A DNA stretch of 64,000 nt from an uncultured virus (IMG/VR IMGVR_UViG_3300029305_010146). Its lineage: Duplodnaviria > Heunggongvirae > Uroviricota > Caudoviricetes. The notes under the pieces are model-generated. The model made no database searches and was not told the DNA's origin. It was given only the letters and a program-made list of their open reading frames with translations. Below are positions 29,076-39,984 of the stretch, piece by piece (the stretch's first letter is position 1; each line of letters starts with the position of its first letter). A program made the position numbers and the translations under genes. The stretch lies in IMG/VR virus record IMGVR_UViG_3300029305_010146; one strand, written 5' to 3'.

Positions 29076-29696
29076 ATGAACACAAATCCCATTAAAGACA
29101 GTGGCGACCGCACAAATTTCGATTCTGGAGCAGTACGCGATTTAAGAGTTGGCAAGGGACGAATGGACCTTGTGCCTCTCGACATCGCAAACTTCCTAAT
29201 CAATTATGCCCCCACTACCCCTTTCCGTATCGAGCGGGAAAATCACCCTGTTGACTACACTCTCTGCAACATGGATGAATTTATCTACAATGGTAGCGAC
29301 ACCGCAATGGTTGCTGCGATGTACGATATGATTCTTCATTCTGATGTGTTTGTCGATGCATATCTGGAAACCGCAAAAGAACTCGAAGTGGAGGTTGACC
29401 TCGATAAGGTTACCGCACGAGAACTGGTTGCAAATGCAATTCTTGTTTGTTCCAGACATTTCGAAAACGGCACACTCAAGTACGGAGAGCGAAACTGGGA
29501 AAAAGGAATGCCCGTACATGTCTATGTTGACAGCGGAGCGAGGCACTATGTCAAAATGCTCGCTGGTTTCATGGATGAACCACATCATCTCGCAGCATTG
29601 TGGAATATGATGTGTGCACAGTGGACTTTCCAGCGCCGAAAAGACCTGAATGATTTACCTTGTGGTAAATCTTCGAATGAAAAAGCATTCAAGTAA
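29076..29696 (+). CDS. dATP/dGTP diphosphohydrolase domain (DUF5664-like) protein
   Basis: FDSGAVRD...KGRMDLVP, GTLKYGERNWEKG, ARHY and HHLAALWN motifs. Confidence 0.8.
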   Translation: MNTNPIKDSGDRTNFDSGAVRDLRVGKGRMDLVPLDIANFLINYAPTTPFRIERENHPVDYTLCNMDEFIYNGSDTAMVAAMYDMILHSDVFVDAYLETAKELEVEVDLDKVTARELVANAILVCSRHFENGTLKYGERNWEKGMPVHVYVDSGARHYVKMLAGFMDEPHHLAALWNMMCAQWTFQRRKDLNDLPCGKSSNEKAFK

Positions 29697-29736
29697 AATA
29701 AAACCCCAACCGCAAGGTTGGGGTTTTGTTGTTTCA

Positions 29737-30849
29737 TTATCCTGTAATATAGTTTCTCAAATTCTGTGCCTTTGGCGAATTACGTAATTTAATAATTGCC
29801 TTTGCTTCAATCTGTCTTACACGCTCACGAGTAATTCCAAGGAGCAAACCAACATCTTCAAGTGTTCTTGCTTTACCTCCATCCAGACCATAGCGATAGA
29901 TAATAATCTTCTGTTCACGGTCAGACAAACCATCGAGCATATCACGAACACCTTCTGCCAATGCATTCTGCATAAACTCATCAGCAGGAGATAATGTATT
30001 GTTATCAGGAATAAAGTCGCCTACTTCACCATCTTTATCATCGCCCACTGTTGCATTGATAGAAATTGGGTCCTGAATAAGTTGGAGAGTTTCAGTAACT
30101 TTTGCCTGCGATATCCCAGTAATTTGAGACAACTGCTTAACAGTTGGTTCACTCGCATGTTTACTGATATAGTCATTTCTTGCTTTCTGAACTTTATTTG
30201 CCTGTTCACTTACATAAATAGGTACTCGAATTGTTCTTCCGATATCGCTAATTGCTCTCTTGATTGCTTGCTTAATCCACCAAGTAGCATATGTAGAAAA
30301 TCGGAAATTTTTTGTGTAATCAAATTTTTCAACAGCCTTCATAAGACCGATATTGCCCTCTTGAATCAAATCAAGGAAAGCAAGACCATAACCACGATAA
30401 TGCTTTGCGATGTTTACAACTAATCGAAGATTAGAAGTAGTGAGCTTTTCTCTCGCCGCCTCATCTCGTTCTTCCTGTACGAGTCTCGAAAGTTCTTGTT
30501 CTTCCGTCTTTTTCAAAAGCGGATATTTAGAAATTTCTTTCAAATAAACTTTTACAGCATTAACTTGTGCAACATCAGATGACATTTCATCAAAACTCTT
30601 AACAGACTCTTCGTTTTCGTCGTCAATAGTTTTCATATAAGTATCGTCATCAACATCCGCATAATCCTCGATAACCGCAACATCCATATCTTCAAAGAAA
30701 TTGAAGATTTCATCCATTTCGTTAGCATCAATGCTCCTGATATTAAAACTCTTTTCAATATCATCCACAAAAATGTATCCGTCTCGCTTGCCTTTTTCTG
30801 CAAGTTTATTCATAATATCAGTGTTTTGAAGTAAATTTTTTCTTGCCAT
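29737..30849 (-). CDS. sigA: RpoD/SigA-like sigma-70 factor
   Basis: Regions 1.2 (VKVYLKEI), 2 ([33 protein letters not shown]) and 4 (TLEDVG...TRERVRQIE). Not in a dnaG operon. Confidence 0.92.
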   Translation of the reverse strand: MARKNLLQNTDIMNKLAEKGKRDGYIFVDDIEKSFNIRSIDANEMDEIFNFFEDMDVAVIEDYADVDDDTYMKTIDDENEESVKSFDEMSSDVAQVNAVKVYLKEISKYPLLKKTEEQELSRLVQEERDEAAREKLTTSNLRLVVNIAKHYRGYGLAFLDLIQEGNIGLMKAVEKFDYTKNFRFSTYATWWIKQAIKRAISDIGRTIRVPIYVSEQANKVQKARNDYISKHASEPTVKQLSQITGISQAKVTETLQLIQDPISINATVGDDKDGEVGDFIPDNNTLSPADEFMQNALAEGVRDMLDGLSDREQKIIIYRYGLDGGKARTLEDVGLLLGITRERVRQIEAKAIIKLRNSPKAQNLRNYITG

Positions 30850-31070
30850 AAAACAGAATCACTCCTTATATATTTTCATTATTATTATATCATAAACTAT
30901 TATCAATGTCAACTACTTTTTTAAAATATTTTAAGAAAAAAATCAATCGAGACGAGTAATTAAGACCCGTCTCGATTTAATTTTAGTGAACTGCGATTGC
31001 ACCAACTACAAGTCCGAGGACTGTTAGTACGCATAGCAAAATTGCCACAACTCTAATCCATAATTTATTT

Positions 31071-33692
31071 TTATTCTTCATTTTTTTCATCATCTCCTGT
31101 ATATTCTTTTTGAATTGTTTGATGTACAATTTTCAATTTAAGGATTTGGTTTGCAACCTCTCTCTTAATATTGTCAGTCATTTCTTCAAACATTTCAAAG
31201 CCTTCGCTTTTATACTCAACAACAGGGTCTTTTTGTGCATAAGCACGAAGTACAATATATTGTCTTAATTCGTGCATTGCATCCACATGACTCATCCAGT
31301 TCATATCAACCGTCTGTAAGAGAATAGATTTAGAAATCATCTTCATTACTGGACCAAGCATTTTTGCTTTCCACTCAAACTCTTCAAGGATTTTGCCTTC
31401 AAAAATTTCATGAATTTCGTCAGCAGTTTTATCCTTTAGGTCTTCCGCAGTAAGCTCCAATTCTGCTTTGTGCTGATATTCTGCAATAAGTCCTTCAATA
31501 TCCCATTCTTCCCTATCAATTGCTTCATTGACATAAGCATTTACTGTCTCTTCAACGCTGTAAAGCAACATTCTTTTAATAATATCGCTCACATCATCCA
31601 TCTCGATAATTTCGTTTCTCTGACCGTAAATATTTTCTCTTTGCAAGTTAATAACTTCGTCATATTGCAGAACATTTTTACGAGAAGCAAAGTGAGCGCT
31701 TTCAATTCTGCCTTGTGCGCTTTCTACGAGTTTGGAAATCATCTTGCCTTCCATCAAAACATCATCGTTGTTGTCGGCTTGTGCAAGCATTTCCTCCACT
31801 TTTTCTCCACCAAATAATTTAAGCAAATCGTCTTCGAAAGAAATAAAGAATTTTGAACGACCAGGGTCTCCTTGACGGCCAGAACGACCTCTTAATTGAT
31901 TGTCAATTCGTCTCGATTCATGTCTTTCTGTACCAATAACATACAAACCGCCGTTCTCAATAACTTTTTTCTTGTCCGCTTCTGTATCTTCCTTTGCCTT
32001 TTCAAGCAAATCATTATAAATGCTTCTCAAAGCAAGGATTTCACCATCGTCGGTTCTATAAATGGTTTCTGCAAGAGCAATATCTTCATCCTCATAACCG
32101 AGATTTCTCATTTGCTCTCGTGCAATATATACTGGATTACCACCAAGCATAATATCTGTACCACGGCCTGCCATATTGGTAGAAATGGTCACAGCACCGC
32201 TCTTACCTGCCTGTGCAACAATCTTTGCTTCTTCTGCATGTCTTTTTGCATTCAAGACAACATGAGGGATTTTTTCTTTTTTCAAAAGTTTACTCAAATT
32301 TTCGGATTTTTCAACAGTTGTTGTGCCAACAAGAACAGGTTGCTTACGAGCATAAGCGTCCTTAATTTCTTCAACGACCGCCTTTAACTTATTCTGTTCT
32401 GTACGATAAAGGGCATCTTTTTCGTCATTTCTGATAACTGGCATATTGGTAGGAATAGAAACAACATCAATACCATAGATGTTTTTAAATTCTTCCTCTT
32501 CGGTCATAGCAGTACCTGTCATACCAGACAACTTCTTATATTTACGGAAGAAATTCTGATATGTCACAGTTGCGAGAGTTTTTGTTTCTCTATTAACGAC
32601 AACTCCCTCTTTTGCTTCAATTGCCTGATGAAGACCTTCACTGAAACGACGTCCTTCTAAAATACGACCAGTAAACTCGTCAACAATATCAATTGCTTCT
32701 TTATTACCACGAACCACATAATCCACATCAACTTTCATAAGACCATGTGCTTTAATTGCTTGATTTACAAAGTGTCTAATTTCAGAATGTTCTTCATCTG
32801 CATAATTTTCAATATTAAAGAATTTTTCTGCCTTTTCAGTTCCCTTTGCTGTTAAATATGGAACTTTATTTTTCTTTTCGACGATACAATCTGCATCGCC
32901 TTCAAAAACACTGTCCTCTTCTTGCACTTCACCAAAAGAAACAGACTTTCTTTCTTTAATTACTTTGTATTTAAGATTTTTAGCAAACTCATTTGCTACT
33001 TGATACATCTCTGAAGGTTTTTCACCAGGACCAGAGATAATTAAAGGAGTTCTTGCCTCATCAATAAGAATGGAGTCAATTTCGTCAACAATACAAAAAT
33101 GGTGACCTCTCTGCATTCTTCTTTCTTTATGAGTAACCATATTGTCTCTCAAATAGTCAAAACCAAGTTCAACATTTGTACAATAGGTGATATCACATTG
33201 ATATGCTTTCTGTTTTTCTTCAAGAGACATACTTTGAAGAACAACTCCTACCGTTAAACCAAGGAACTCGTGAACTTTGCCCATTTGTTCAGCATCTCGT
33301 GCTGCAAGATAATCGTTAACAGTAACGACATGGACACCTTCACCAGTAAGTGCATTCAAATAAGATGGAAGTGTGGCAACAAGTGTCTTACCTTCGCCTG
33401 TACACATTTCTGCAATACGACCCTGATGGAGAATAATACCACCCATCAACTGTACGGGAAAATGTTTCATACCGAGAACCCTCCATGCTGCTTCTCGGCA
33501 AACAGCAAATGCTACTGGTAAAATCTCATCAAGAGTTTTTCCATCTGCAAGCTCTGCCTTCAATATATCTGTTTGTGCACGAAGTTCTTCGTCCGAATAT
33601 ACTGCCATTTTATCTTCTAATTGAAGAATTTGCTGTACAACGGGATTAAGTCTTTTTACTTCTCGTTCGCTTTTAGTTTTAAATAAACCCAT
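31071..33692 (-). CDS. secA: Preprotein translocase SecA lacking the C-terminal SEC-C motif
   Basis: MCTGEGKT, DEIDSILIDEARTPLIISG, STNMAGRGTDI and RRIDNQLRGRSGRQGDPG. Confidence 0.96.
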   Translation of the reverse strand: MGLFKTKSEREVKRLNPVVQQILQLEDKMAVYSDEELRAQTDILKAELADGKTLDEILPVAFAVCREAAWRVLGMKHFPVQLMGGIILHQGRIAEMCTGEGKTLVATLPSYLNALTGEGVHVVTVNDYLAARDAEQMGKVHEFLGLTVGVVLQSMSLEEKQKAYQCDITYCTNVELGFDYLRDNMVTHKERRMQRGHHFCIVDEIDSILIDEARTPLIISGPGEKPSEMYQVANEFAKNLKYKVIKERKSVSFGEVQEEDSVFEGDADCIVEKKNKVPYLTAKGTEKAEKFFNIENYADEEHSEIRHFVNQAIKAHGLMKVDVDYVVRGNKEAIDIVDEFTGRILEGRRFSEGLHQAIEAKEGVVVNRETKTLATVTYQNFFRKYKKLSGMTGTAMTEEEEFKNIYGIDVVSIPTNMPVIRNDEKDALYRTEQNKLKAVVEEIKDAYARKQPVLVGTTTVEKSENLSKLLKKEKIPHVVLNAKRHAEEAKIVAQAGKSGAVTISTNMAGRGTDIMLGGNPVYIAREQMRNLGYEDEDIALAETIYRTDDGEILALRSIYNDLLEKAKEDTEADKKKVIENGGLYVIGTERHESRRIDNQLRGRSGRQGDPGRSKFFISFEDDLLKLFGGEKVEEMLAQADNNDDVLMEGKMISKLVESAQGRIESAHFASRKNVLQYDEVINLQRENIYGQRNEIIEMDDVSDIIKRMLLYSVEETVNAYVNEAIDREEWDIEGLIAEYQHKAELELTAEDLKDKTADEIHEIFEGKILEEFEWKAKMLGPVMKMISKSILLQTVDMNWMSHVDAMHELRQYIVLRAYAQKDPVVEYKSEGFEMFEEMTDNIKREVANQILKLKIVHQTIQKEYTGDDEKNEE

Positions 33693-33845
33693 TAACAAAT
33701 CTCCTTTATATAGTTTTTCACCTAATTATAACACATTTGCTTCCTTTTGTCAACGGGTAAAAATAAGTTTTTCCCTCAAAAAACAGTTGACATTAGTTGT
33801 GTTATATGATATAATATAGATGAAAAAGAAAGGAAGGTGCGGGCA

Positions 33846-34370
33846 ATGCCAAAAACTTTTTTTATTGGTGATTTACACATTGATGATGAAACAATTATTC
33901 AGTTAGAAAACAGACCTTTTGCAAATGCAGAAGAGCAAACAATTGCTTTTGTGGAAAATTGGAATAGTGTTGTAAACGAAGGCGATATCGTATATGTAAT
34001 GGGCGATTTCATTGTAGAAAACCCATCTAATTTTCATGTCGATTATCTTCGCAAACTCAAAGGTAAGAAATTTTTGGTTAAAGGCAATCATGATACCCTT
34101 CCAGATAGTGTATATATTGAAGAATATGGTTTTGAGAAGGTTTATGATACAGATATCATTATTGATGGTTTTTGGATTTTATCTCACGAACCAAAGTATG
34201 TAAACAAAAATTTCCCTTATGCAAATATTTTTGCACACGTCCACAATAATCCAATCTACAAGACGCACAGTTGCAGACACTATTGTGTATCTGCAGAAAG
34301 AATTGATTATACACCAATTTCTTTCGATGCTATTAAGGTCACTGTTGCGGATGATGACAAGAATAAATAA
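33846..34370 (+). CDS. Calcineurin-like metallophosphoesterase
   Basis: DLH, GDF, GNHD, HEP and HVH motifs. Confidence 0.9.
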   Translation: MPKTFFIGDLHIDDETIIQLENRPFANAEEQTIAFVENWNSVVNEGDIVYVMGDFIVENPSNFHVDYLRKLKGKKFLVKGNHDTLPDSVYIEEYGFEKVYDTDIIIDGFWILSHEPKYVNKNFPYANIFAHVHNNPIYKTHSCRHYCVSAERIDYTPISFDAIKVTVADDDKNK

Positions 34371-34530
34371 TAATTAACATAAAAACAGAATTCACCAAAA
34401 TGGATTCTGTTTTTTTGCTTGACTTTTTCGGAAAATACTTTTAATATTATAATACAATCATAATTTTGTTATTAAGCGATAAACATTCGCTTCCAAAACA
34501 TAAAAACATTCGAAACGGAGGCAACATTTT

Positions 34531-35073
34531 ATGTATGAACCAAACAATATGCAACCAGAAGTAAATACAGTTCCCGAAGGCATTGATACTCCTGTTTCCG
34601 AGAACAAAGAAGTTTCCCGTAGCGAACTTATCTACCGCTCTTGGTTCTCCAAGTATTTTATGAAAGATTTCGGAAAACTTGAAAAAAGATTGCTCGACTG
34701 GTGGACAACAGAAGGTTTCTTTGGTATTACCAATATCGTACCAACGGAAGATGGCGAAACAATCGACTTTATGCTTCGTGTAGGTAGAACTGCTTATGAT
34801 GAAATGAGCAATGAATCTCCTGAATATCTCGCTGAAAAAACTGAAAAAATTGTAAATGTCAAAAAGAGACAGGGTTGGGAAGTCTATTCTTCCAAAGATA
34901 TCCCAAGTCTTCATGTTCTCTATAAAACACAGAAAAATATTGATAAGATTCAGCAAATGCTTATGGCAAACATCAGAAGTTTCAAAATTGAAAGATTTGA
35001 TTATCAAACACTTGAAGGTGTCGAATACATCAGAGGTTTGACCGTAAGAATTTATAAAAAGAAAGTGCAATAA
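34531..35073 (+). CDS. Hypothetical protein
   Basis: SD GGAGG; downstream terminator. Confidence 0.75.
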   Translation: MYEPNNMQPEVNTVPEGIDTPVSENKEVSRSELIYRSWFSKYFMKDFGKLEKRLLDWWTTEGFFGITNIVPTEDGETIDFMLRVGRTAYDEMSNESPEYLAEKTEKIVNVKKRQGWEVYSSKDIPSLHVLYKTQKNIDKIQQMLMANIRSFKIERFDYQTLEGVEYIRGLTVRIYKKKVQ

Positions 35074-35177
35074 TACAAAACCAAGAACTTTCGTTCTTGG
35101 TTTTTTATTTTCTATTGACTTTTACATCGTTTTGTTATAAAATATACATCAATAGCGATTATTGGAGGTGTTAAAAA

Positions 35178-35855
35178 GTGCAAATTGAAAATGTAATCGC
35201 ATTATTTCAGTTTGGAAAAATTGAAACAGAAAATAAAAAACAAAAAGAGCGAATAAAATTATTTGTAAAACTGCTACCAAATAAAAACACACTCAAACTA
35301 ATAAATTCCGAAATCTTTGAAGAAGAAACATTCAAGGAAAACTCAAAAAAAGAGTTGTGGAAAAATTTTGGTATTGAAGATTTTGTTTTTATAAACGGTT
35401 CTTTTTATGATAGTTTTGCGAATAAATTAAATGAAAGAATTTTGCAGTGTAGCAGTATTTGTTTATTAAAGAATGAAGTTTCTCTTGACGATAGTTGGTA
35501 TGAAATAACAATCGAAAACAATAGAATTCTCTTAACAAATGAAAAAGAAAATATTTATATCGAATACAACAAAGAAATCAACGAAACATATATTGTTTCT
35601 GCCAATAAAATGTTATCCGAAAACCATACACAGATTTTGGTTGATGCAATACTTAAATTAAAAAACACATTTTTATTTACAGACCTTTTTCTCAATTATG
35701 TTGATGAAACATTTTATTTATCTGAAGCGATTGAATTTTTTAATGCATTTTCCAACAAAACATTTAGTCGTGCCACCTTCAAAAGACGTTTTGCCAATAA
35801 AATTTTCCTTATAGACAATACAGATAATAATTTACTTTACAAAAAAATTAAATAA
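35178..35855 (+). CDS. Hypothetical protein
   Basis: SD GGAGG with GTG start; own promoter and terminator. Confidence 0.7.
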   Translation: MQIENVIALFQFGKIETENKKQKERIKLFVKLLPNKNTLKLINSEIFEEETFKENSKKELWKNFGIEDFVFINGSFYDSFANKLNERILQCSSICLLKNEVSLDDSWYEITIENNRILLTNEKENIYIEYNKEINETYIVSANKMLSENHTQILVDAILKLKNTFLFTDLFLNYVDETFYLSEAIEFFNAFSNKTFSRATFKRRFANKIFLIDNTDNNLLYKKIK

Positions 35856-35897
35856 ACATTAAAAAGCAGATTATCTTATGATAATCTGCTTTTGCTT

Positions 35898-36797
35898 TTA
35901 CATACTATATTTATTGTCGTCAATAATATGCATATATGCTTCATAATCTTTCATTGTTTCGAGCATAGTTTTCATATCTCTCCGTTCACCATGCCACTCA
36001 TGACATCTCAAATCTTCAACAGAAGTTTTCCCTGTAATATAATCAACATATTCGTCAAGTACATAATCTTCTTTTGAGAGCTTTATGAAAATCGGTCTCC
36101 AATCATCAATTCCGTATTTTGTCTTTAAGTGGTCACGAACTTTCTTTGGGTCATTATATTCATCATCTTCATCATTCGTTAACAATGCCTCAACATTTTC
36201 CTTGGCAATTTTGTTGGCCATTGCCATAAACCCTTCATAAAATTTCAACATCTCTTCAATGTCTTCTCTTTCGAGACTATCAAAATGCACACCATAAGGT
36301 TGTGCACCGAGTTCATTGCCACCGATAAAAATATTTACGTCATACAATTCAAACTCATTGTGTCCACGACAGTCATCGAATGTGCGAAATCTCTTTTTAA
36401 TTTCCATGCGGTCTTCTCCGAACATGCCAGACAAACTGAAAGGATAAAATGCTTCATATTCCGTCTTGCTTTCAGTAACAGTTCCGTCGTTATTTTTCTC
36501 TTTAAAGTAATAACGAAGTCCATTTTTATCCACATCAAAATCGAGAACTTCCTTCAAAAATTCTGGCACATGTGCCATAATTCCAAACTCATAAACACGA
36601 TTAGAAATGACCTTTTTCCAATCTTTCTTATAAGGTTTACGATACATCTCTAATGTGTAGTAAAAATGCATAATATTTTTTTCGTCTTCGTAAACATACT
36701 CATTAAATGGTTGAATGCTTGGTTCACTTGCTTTCAATTTAAAAGTTCCAATTTTAAGTGTCCACACACCATTTTTTTCTTTTACTTTAACCTGCAT
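35898..36797 (-). CDS. Hypothetical protein
   Basis: Long ORF. Probable start MQVKVK after SD-like GGGGG and a TTGACA/TATAAT promoter. Confidence 0.75.
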   Translation of the reverse strand: MQVKVKEKNGVWTLKIGTFKLKASEPSIQPFNEYVYEDEKNIMHFYYTLEMYRKPYKKDWKKVISNRVYEFGIMAHVPEFLKEVLDFDVDKNGLRYYFKEKNNDGTVTESKTEYEAFYPFSLSGMFGEDRMEIKKRFRTFDDCRGHNEFELYDVNIFIGGNELGAQPYGVHFDSLEREDIEEMLKFYEGFMAMANKIAKENVEALLTNDEDDEYNDPKKVRDHLKTKYGIDDWRPIFIKLSKEDYVLDEYVDYITGKTSVEDLRCHEWHGERRDMKTMLETMKDYEAYMHIIDDNKYSM

Positions 36798-36881
36798 AGA
36801 AAGACCCCCTGCTTTTTTCTTTTTATTATAACACAAAATATAACCCATGTCAACAGAAAAAATCCGTCAGTTTGACGGATT

Positions 36882-37238
36882 TCATCGCTCTTGGTATTTA
36901 TCTTTTAATATTTCAAACTGTTCGTTTGTAATGTATTCTCTATCGTACATATTCCAAAAGGTCCAAGGATTACTTTTAATTCGATAATAACGACCATCTT
37001 CTGTCTGGTGTACTCCAATATCTTCTGAAATACGAATATATTTGTCTCCGTCTTCAATTTCGGAAACCCCTTGGCCAATAATCACCATATTGAGTAAAAA
37101 TATACCGATTACTATCCAAGCAACAATAACCCTTTCAAGACGAGTAGCAATTTTGTTCTTACCCTTTTTTCGTTGTTTATCCATAATAATAAACAATGGA
37201 ACAAGAATTGCGAAAAAAAGAAGAATCCCACTTACCAT
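36882..37238 (-). CDS. Small membrane protein
   Basis: Two hydrophobic segments; SD AAGGAG. Confidence 0.7.
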   Translation of the reverse strand: MVSGILLFFAILVPLFIIMDKQRKKGKNKIATRLERVIVAWIVIGIFLLNMVIIGQGVSEIEDGDKYIRISEDIGVHQTEDGRYYRIKSNPWTFWNMYDREYITNEQFEILKDKYQER

Positions 37239-37407
37239 ATAATTATCTCCTTCCTATATTTTTATAGAATTATTATATCACAACCATTAAATTTTGTCAA
37301 CATTAAACATATTTTTAACTTTTTTAGCATTCCGCTTGAAAAAAAAGAAAAAATAACTTACCTTTTCGCTATTAGAAAAAACTTAAAAAAGAAAGGTTGA
37401 GATTATT

Positions 37408-38433
37408 ATGAAAAAATTTAACTATAAATCCCGTAAGGGTTTTACTTTAATTGAACTTCTCGTAGTTATTGGCATTCTTGCAGTGCTTGCTGCTATTGCT
37501 ATTCCTTCGGTTGCAGGTCTTATTGACAGAGCAAATGCATCGGCAGATAACACCAATGCCAATGAAATGACAAATGCTATGGAGAGATTCGTAAGTGAGT
37601 ACGAACTTTATAAACAAGATATCGCATCTGGTGCAATCAAGGATGGAGATGGTGACGGTGTACCAGACAACATGGATGCTGCACAAGGTCGTGTGTATAA
37701 TGTTACCAAAGCGGTCACCCGTTCCGACATTGAAAAACTCGAAAGTTTGGCAGGCTTCAACGGTATTCGCATCGATATTGACAATAAGTATGCACAAAAC
37801 CATGAAACTGCAAAAGCGGTTATGCAAAATTATATGAAGACAAGTTCATCCACTTTCGAACCAAAACAAAGCGATATGACTTATTGGTACAACACAGTTA
37901 CTGGTTATACTGTTGTTGCAGAAAAATATGTAAATACAGAAACACTATATCTCAAATTGCCCACAGAAGTAAGATATGAAGGCACTACATATGCATCTGT
38001 ATCAGAATGGATTGACCTATCTTCTGATTTTATCATTCCAGATTGCAGAATATATGAAATTACCGCTGGCATATCCCCGAATAGCGGCGAAGAAGCAATT
38101 ATATATAGATGGGAAGTACCAGACCCCGATTATAATGCTAACATTAATTTTGACAACATTTTCTATATGTGCAACAGAGCAGAAAATGGAATATTAAGTT
38201 TTGATAACTATGCACACAAACATTCAATAAACGAAGCACTTAATGGCAAACCGTTCAGCAAAGATGGAGATGTCGTAAGATTTAATGGTTATATAACATT
38301 TTCAACTTCTAACGACCCAACAATAAGAGTGCAATTGCGTCTATGTTTCAGATATAATGATAATGGCACTATAAGATATGCTTATTCGCCAGTATTTGAG
38401 ACATCACTTCAGGAACTAAAGGGTATCAACTAA
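37408..38433 (+). CDS. Type IV pilin with a distinct C-terminal extension domain
   Basis: RKG|FTLIELLVVI. Shares the module to ...KTSSSTFEPKQSD...WID, then has an unrelated ~135-aa tail. Confidence 0.9.
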   Translation: MKKFNYKSRKGFTLIELLVVIGILAVLAAIAIPSVAGLIDRANASADNTNANEMTNAMERFVSEYELYKQDIASGAIKDGDGDGVPDNMDAAQGRVYNVTKAVTRSDIEKLESLAGFNGIRIDIDNKYAQNHETAKAVMQNYMKTSSSTFEPKQSDMTYWYNTVTGYTVVAEKYVNTETLYLKLPTEVRYEGTTYASVSEWIDLSSDFIIPDCRIYEITAGISPNSGEEAIIYRWEVPDPDYNANINFDNIFYMCNRAENGILSFDNYAHKHSINEALNGKPFSKDGDVVRFNGYITFSTSNDPTIRVQLRLCFRYNDNGTIRYAYSPVFETSLQELKGIN

Positions 38434-38634
38434 AAATTATGACAACAAACCCAAAAGAGCATCTGTTAATCAGACGCTCTTTTTTTTGCACTAATTTTAC
38501 CGTTATTAACCACCACCCTCCCATCAACCACAAACCACCCACTTTTCCTCCATAACCCACAAAAAATTAAATATGTACTACTCCCGCCAAACAACTTACA
38601 GCCCTTCATCAACTGCTCCTTAATTCACACATCT

Positions 38635-38652
38635 CCCTCCCACCCCACCCCC
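38635..38652 (-). other. Canonical G-quadruplex motif GGGGG-T-GGGG-T-GGG-A-GGG
   Basis: The plus strand reads CCCTCCCACCCCACCCCC, giving four G runs of 3 or more with 1-nt loops on the minus strand. Confidence 0.7.
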
Positions 38653-39075
38653 TCGTCATTATGTTGTAAAAGACTCTAATATATAACAACATAATCCCAT
38701 ATATAATATCGCAATATATAAAACATAAGAATAAAATAATACAAAAATATAGACACAACAACTATCTAATAATCTCCCAATATACCAATATATAAAAAAC
38801 AATTAAGAACTCGTATAATTAACGAAGAATATTAGAGGCCAATAATAAGCAAGAGTATAAGTGACTAAATAAGCAAATAAACAGAAAACCACAAATAAAG
38901 AAAAAACAATTATAGGCAAACCAATATATGCAAATAAATACTAACAACAAACAAATAATAATCTAATCAAAGTCAAAACAATACTGATAAATATCTAATA
39001 TAAAACATAAAGTACAAAACGAACTTTTATACAAATAAAAACAGAGGACACTTTAAAAGCATCCTCTGTATATTT

Positions 39076-39984
39076 TTATAGGTCTTTCATATACAGGAAA
39101 ACATCCCCATAAGAAGTATCATATTGTTTTATCTGTTCACCACCATTTATGACATCGCCAAAATTATAACCTTCATTTTTGATATTGCTTCCAGAATATG
39201 AATAAGTACCAGTAGGATTATCGCTTTCTGTTACTTCTATAAACTCGCCTGCTTCATTATATTCTTCTGCAAAGAATTTAGAACTACCATCACCATAGAA
39301 GATATATATTACTCGGAACTTTTTATTTTCGTCTGTACTACTTGTAAGCAATGCACCCTCATAGCGAAGACCATATCTTACAATATCTCCATTAGATATG
39401 TTTAACCACACAGTGTCTTCTGTTAATTCATTACCGTTTCCATCTGTGTTGTTTTTCAGATGCTCATTCAGTTGTTTAACAGAACTCTTTTCTTTTGCAC
39501 AGATTACTGTTCCGCTTTCTGGTGCATACCAGTAAAGATAGTTGGACTGTTGGGTGGTAAGAATTTCAGAAGAAGATTTAAGGTAAGTTGTTAAAACCTT
39601 TTTGATTGTTTTATAGTTAGCAGGATGATTAGAGTTTGCTTTTAGTTTAATACCGTCTAATCCCTCTTCGCTTTCTATAAGTTTAATGTCTTCTATATTA
39701 TCTGTTTGTATAATGTTATATACACGACTTTGTACTGTATCTAAATTATCTGTATCTATTTTGTTTTCTAATAGGTCTTTCTTATATAACTCGTATTCTG
39801 ATGTAAACTGTACTATTGCATTATTGATTTCGCTTACATTGGCATTATCGGCAGTTTGATTAGATTTGTTAATTAGTCCCGCAACCGTTGGTATTGCTAT
39901 GGCGGCGAGTACTGCCAAAATTCCAACTACAATGAGAAGTTCTACAAGGGAGAAACCTTTGCGGGATAACAATGACTTATTCAT
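39076..39984 (-). CDS. Divergent type IV pilin with C-terminal extension
   Basis: RKG|FSLVELLIVVGILAVLAAIAIP; SEYELY, QSRVYN and YWYAP homology to the other pilins; SD AAGGAG. Confidence 0.9.
   Translation of the reverse strand: MNKSLLSRKGFSLVELLIVVGILAVLAAIAIPTVAGLINKSNQTADNANVSEINNAIVQFTSEYELYKKDLLENKIDTDNLDTVQSRVYNIIQTDNIEDIKLIESEEGLDGIKLKANSNHPANYKTIKKVLTTYLKSSSEILTTQQSNYLYWYAPESGTVICAKEKSSVKQLNEHLKNNTDGNGNELTEDTVWLNISNGDIVRYGLRYEGALLTSSTDENKKFRVIYIFYGDGSSKFFAEEYNEAGEFIEVTESDNPTGTYSYSGSNIKNEGYNFGDVINGGEQIKQYDTSYGDVFLYMKDL

Noticed and set aside
38500..39035. AAC-rich tract as the DGR template repeat for pilin 22910
   Set aside because: It lacks the invariant non-A scaffold of the variable region (TGGCTTCGTTCGCCT...CCCGCCTTCG), and no RT is nearby.
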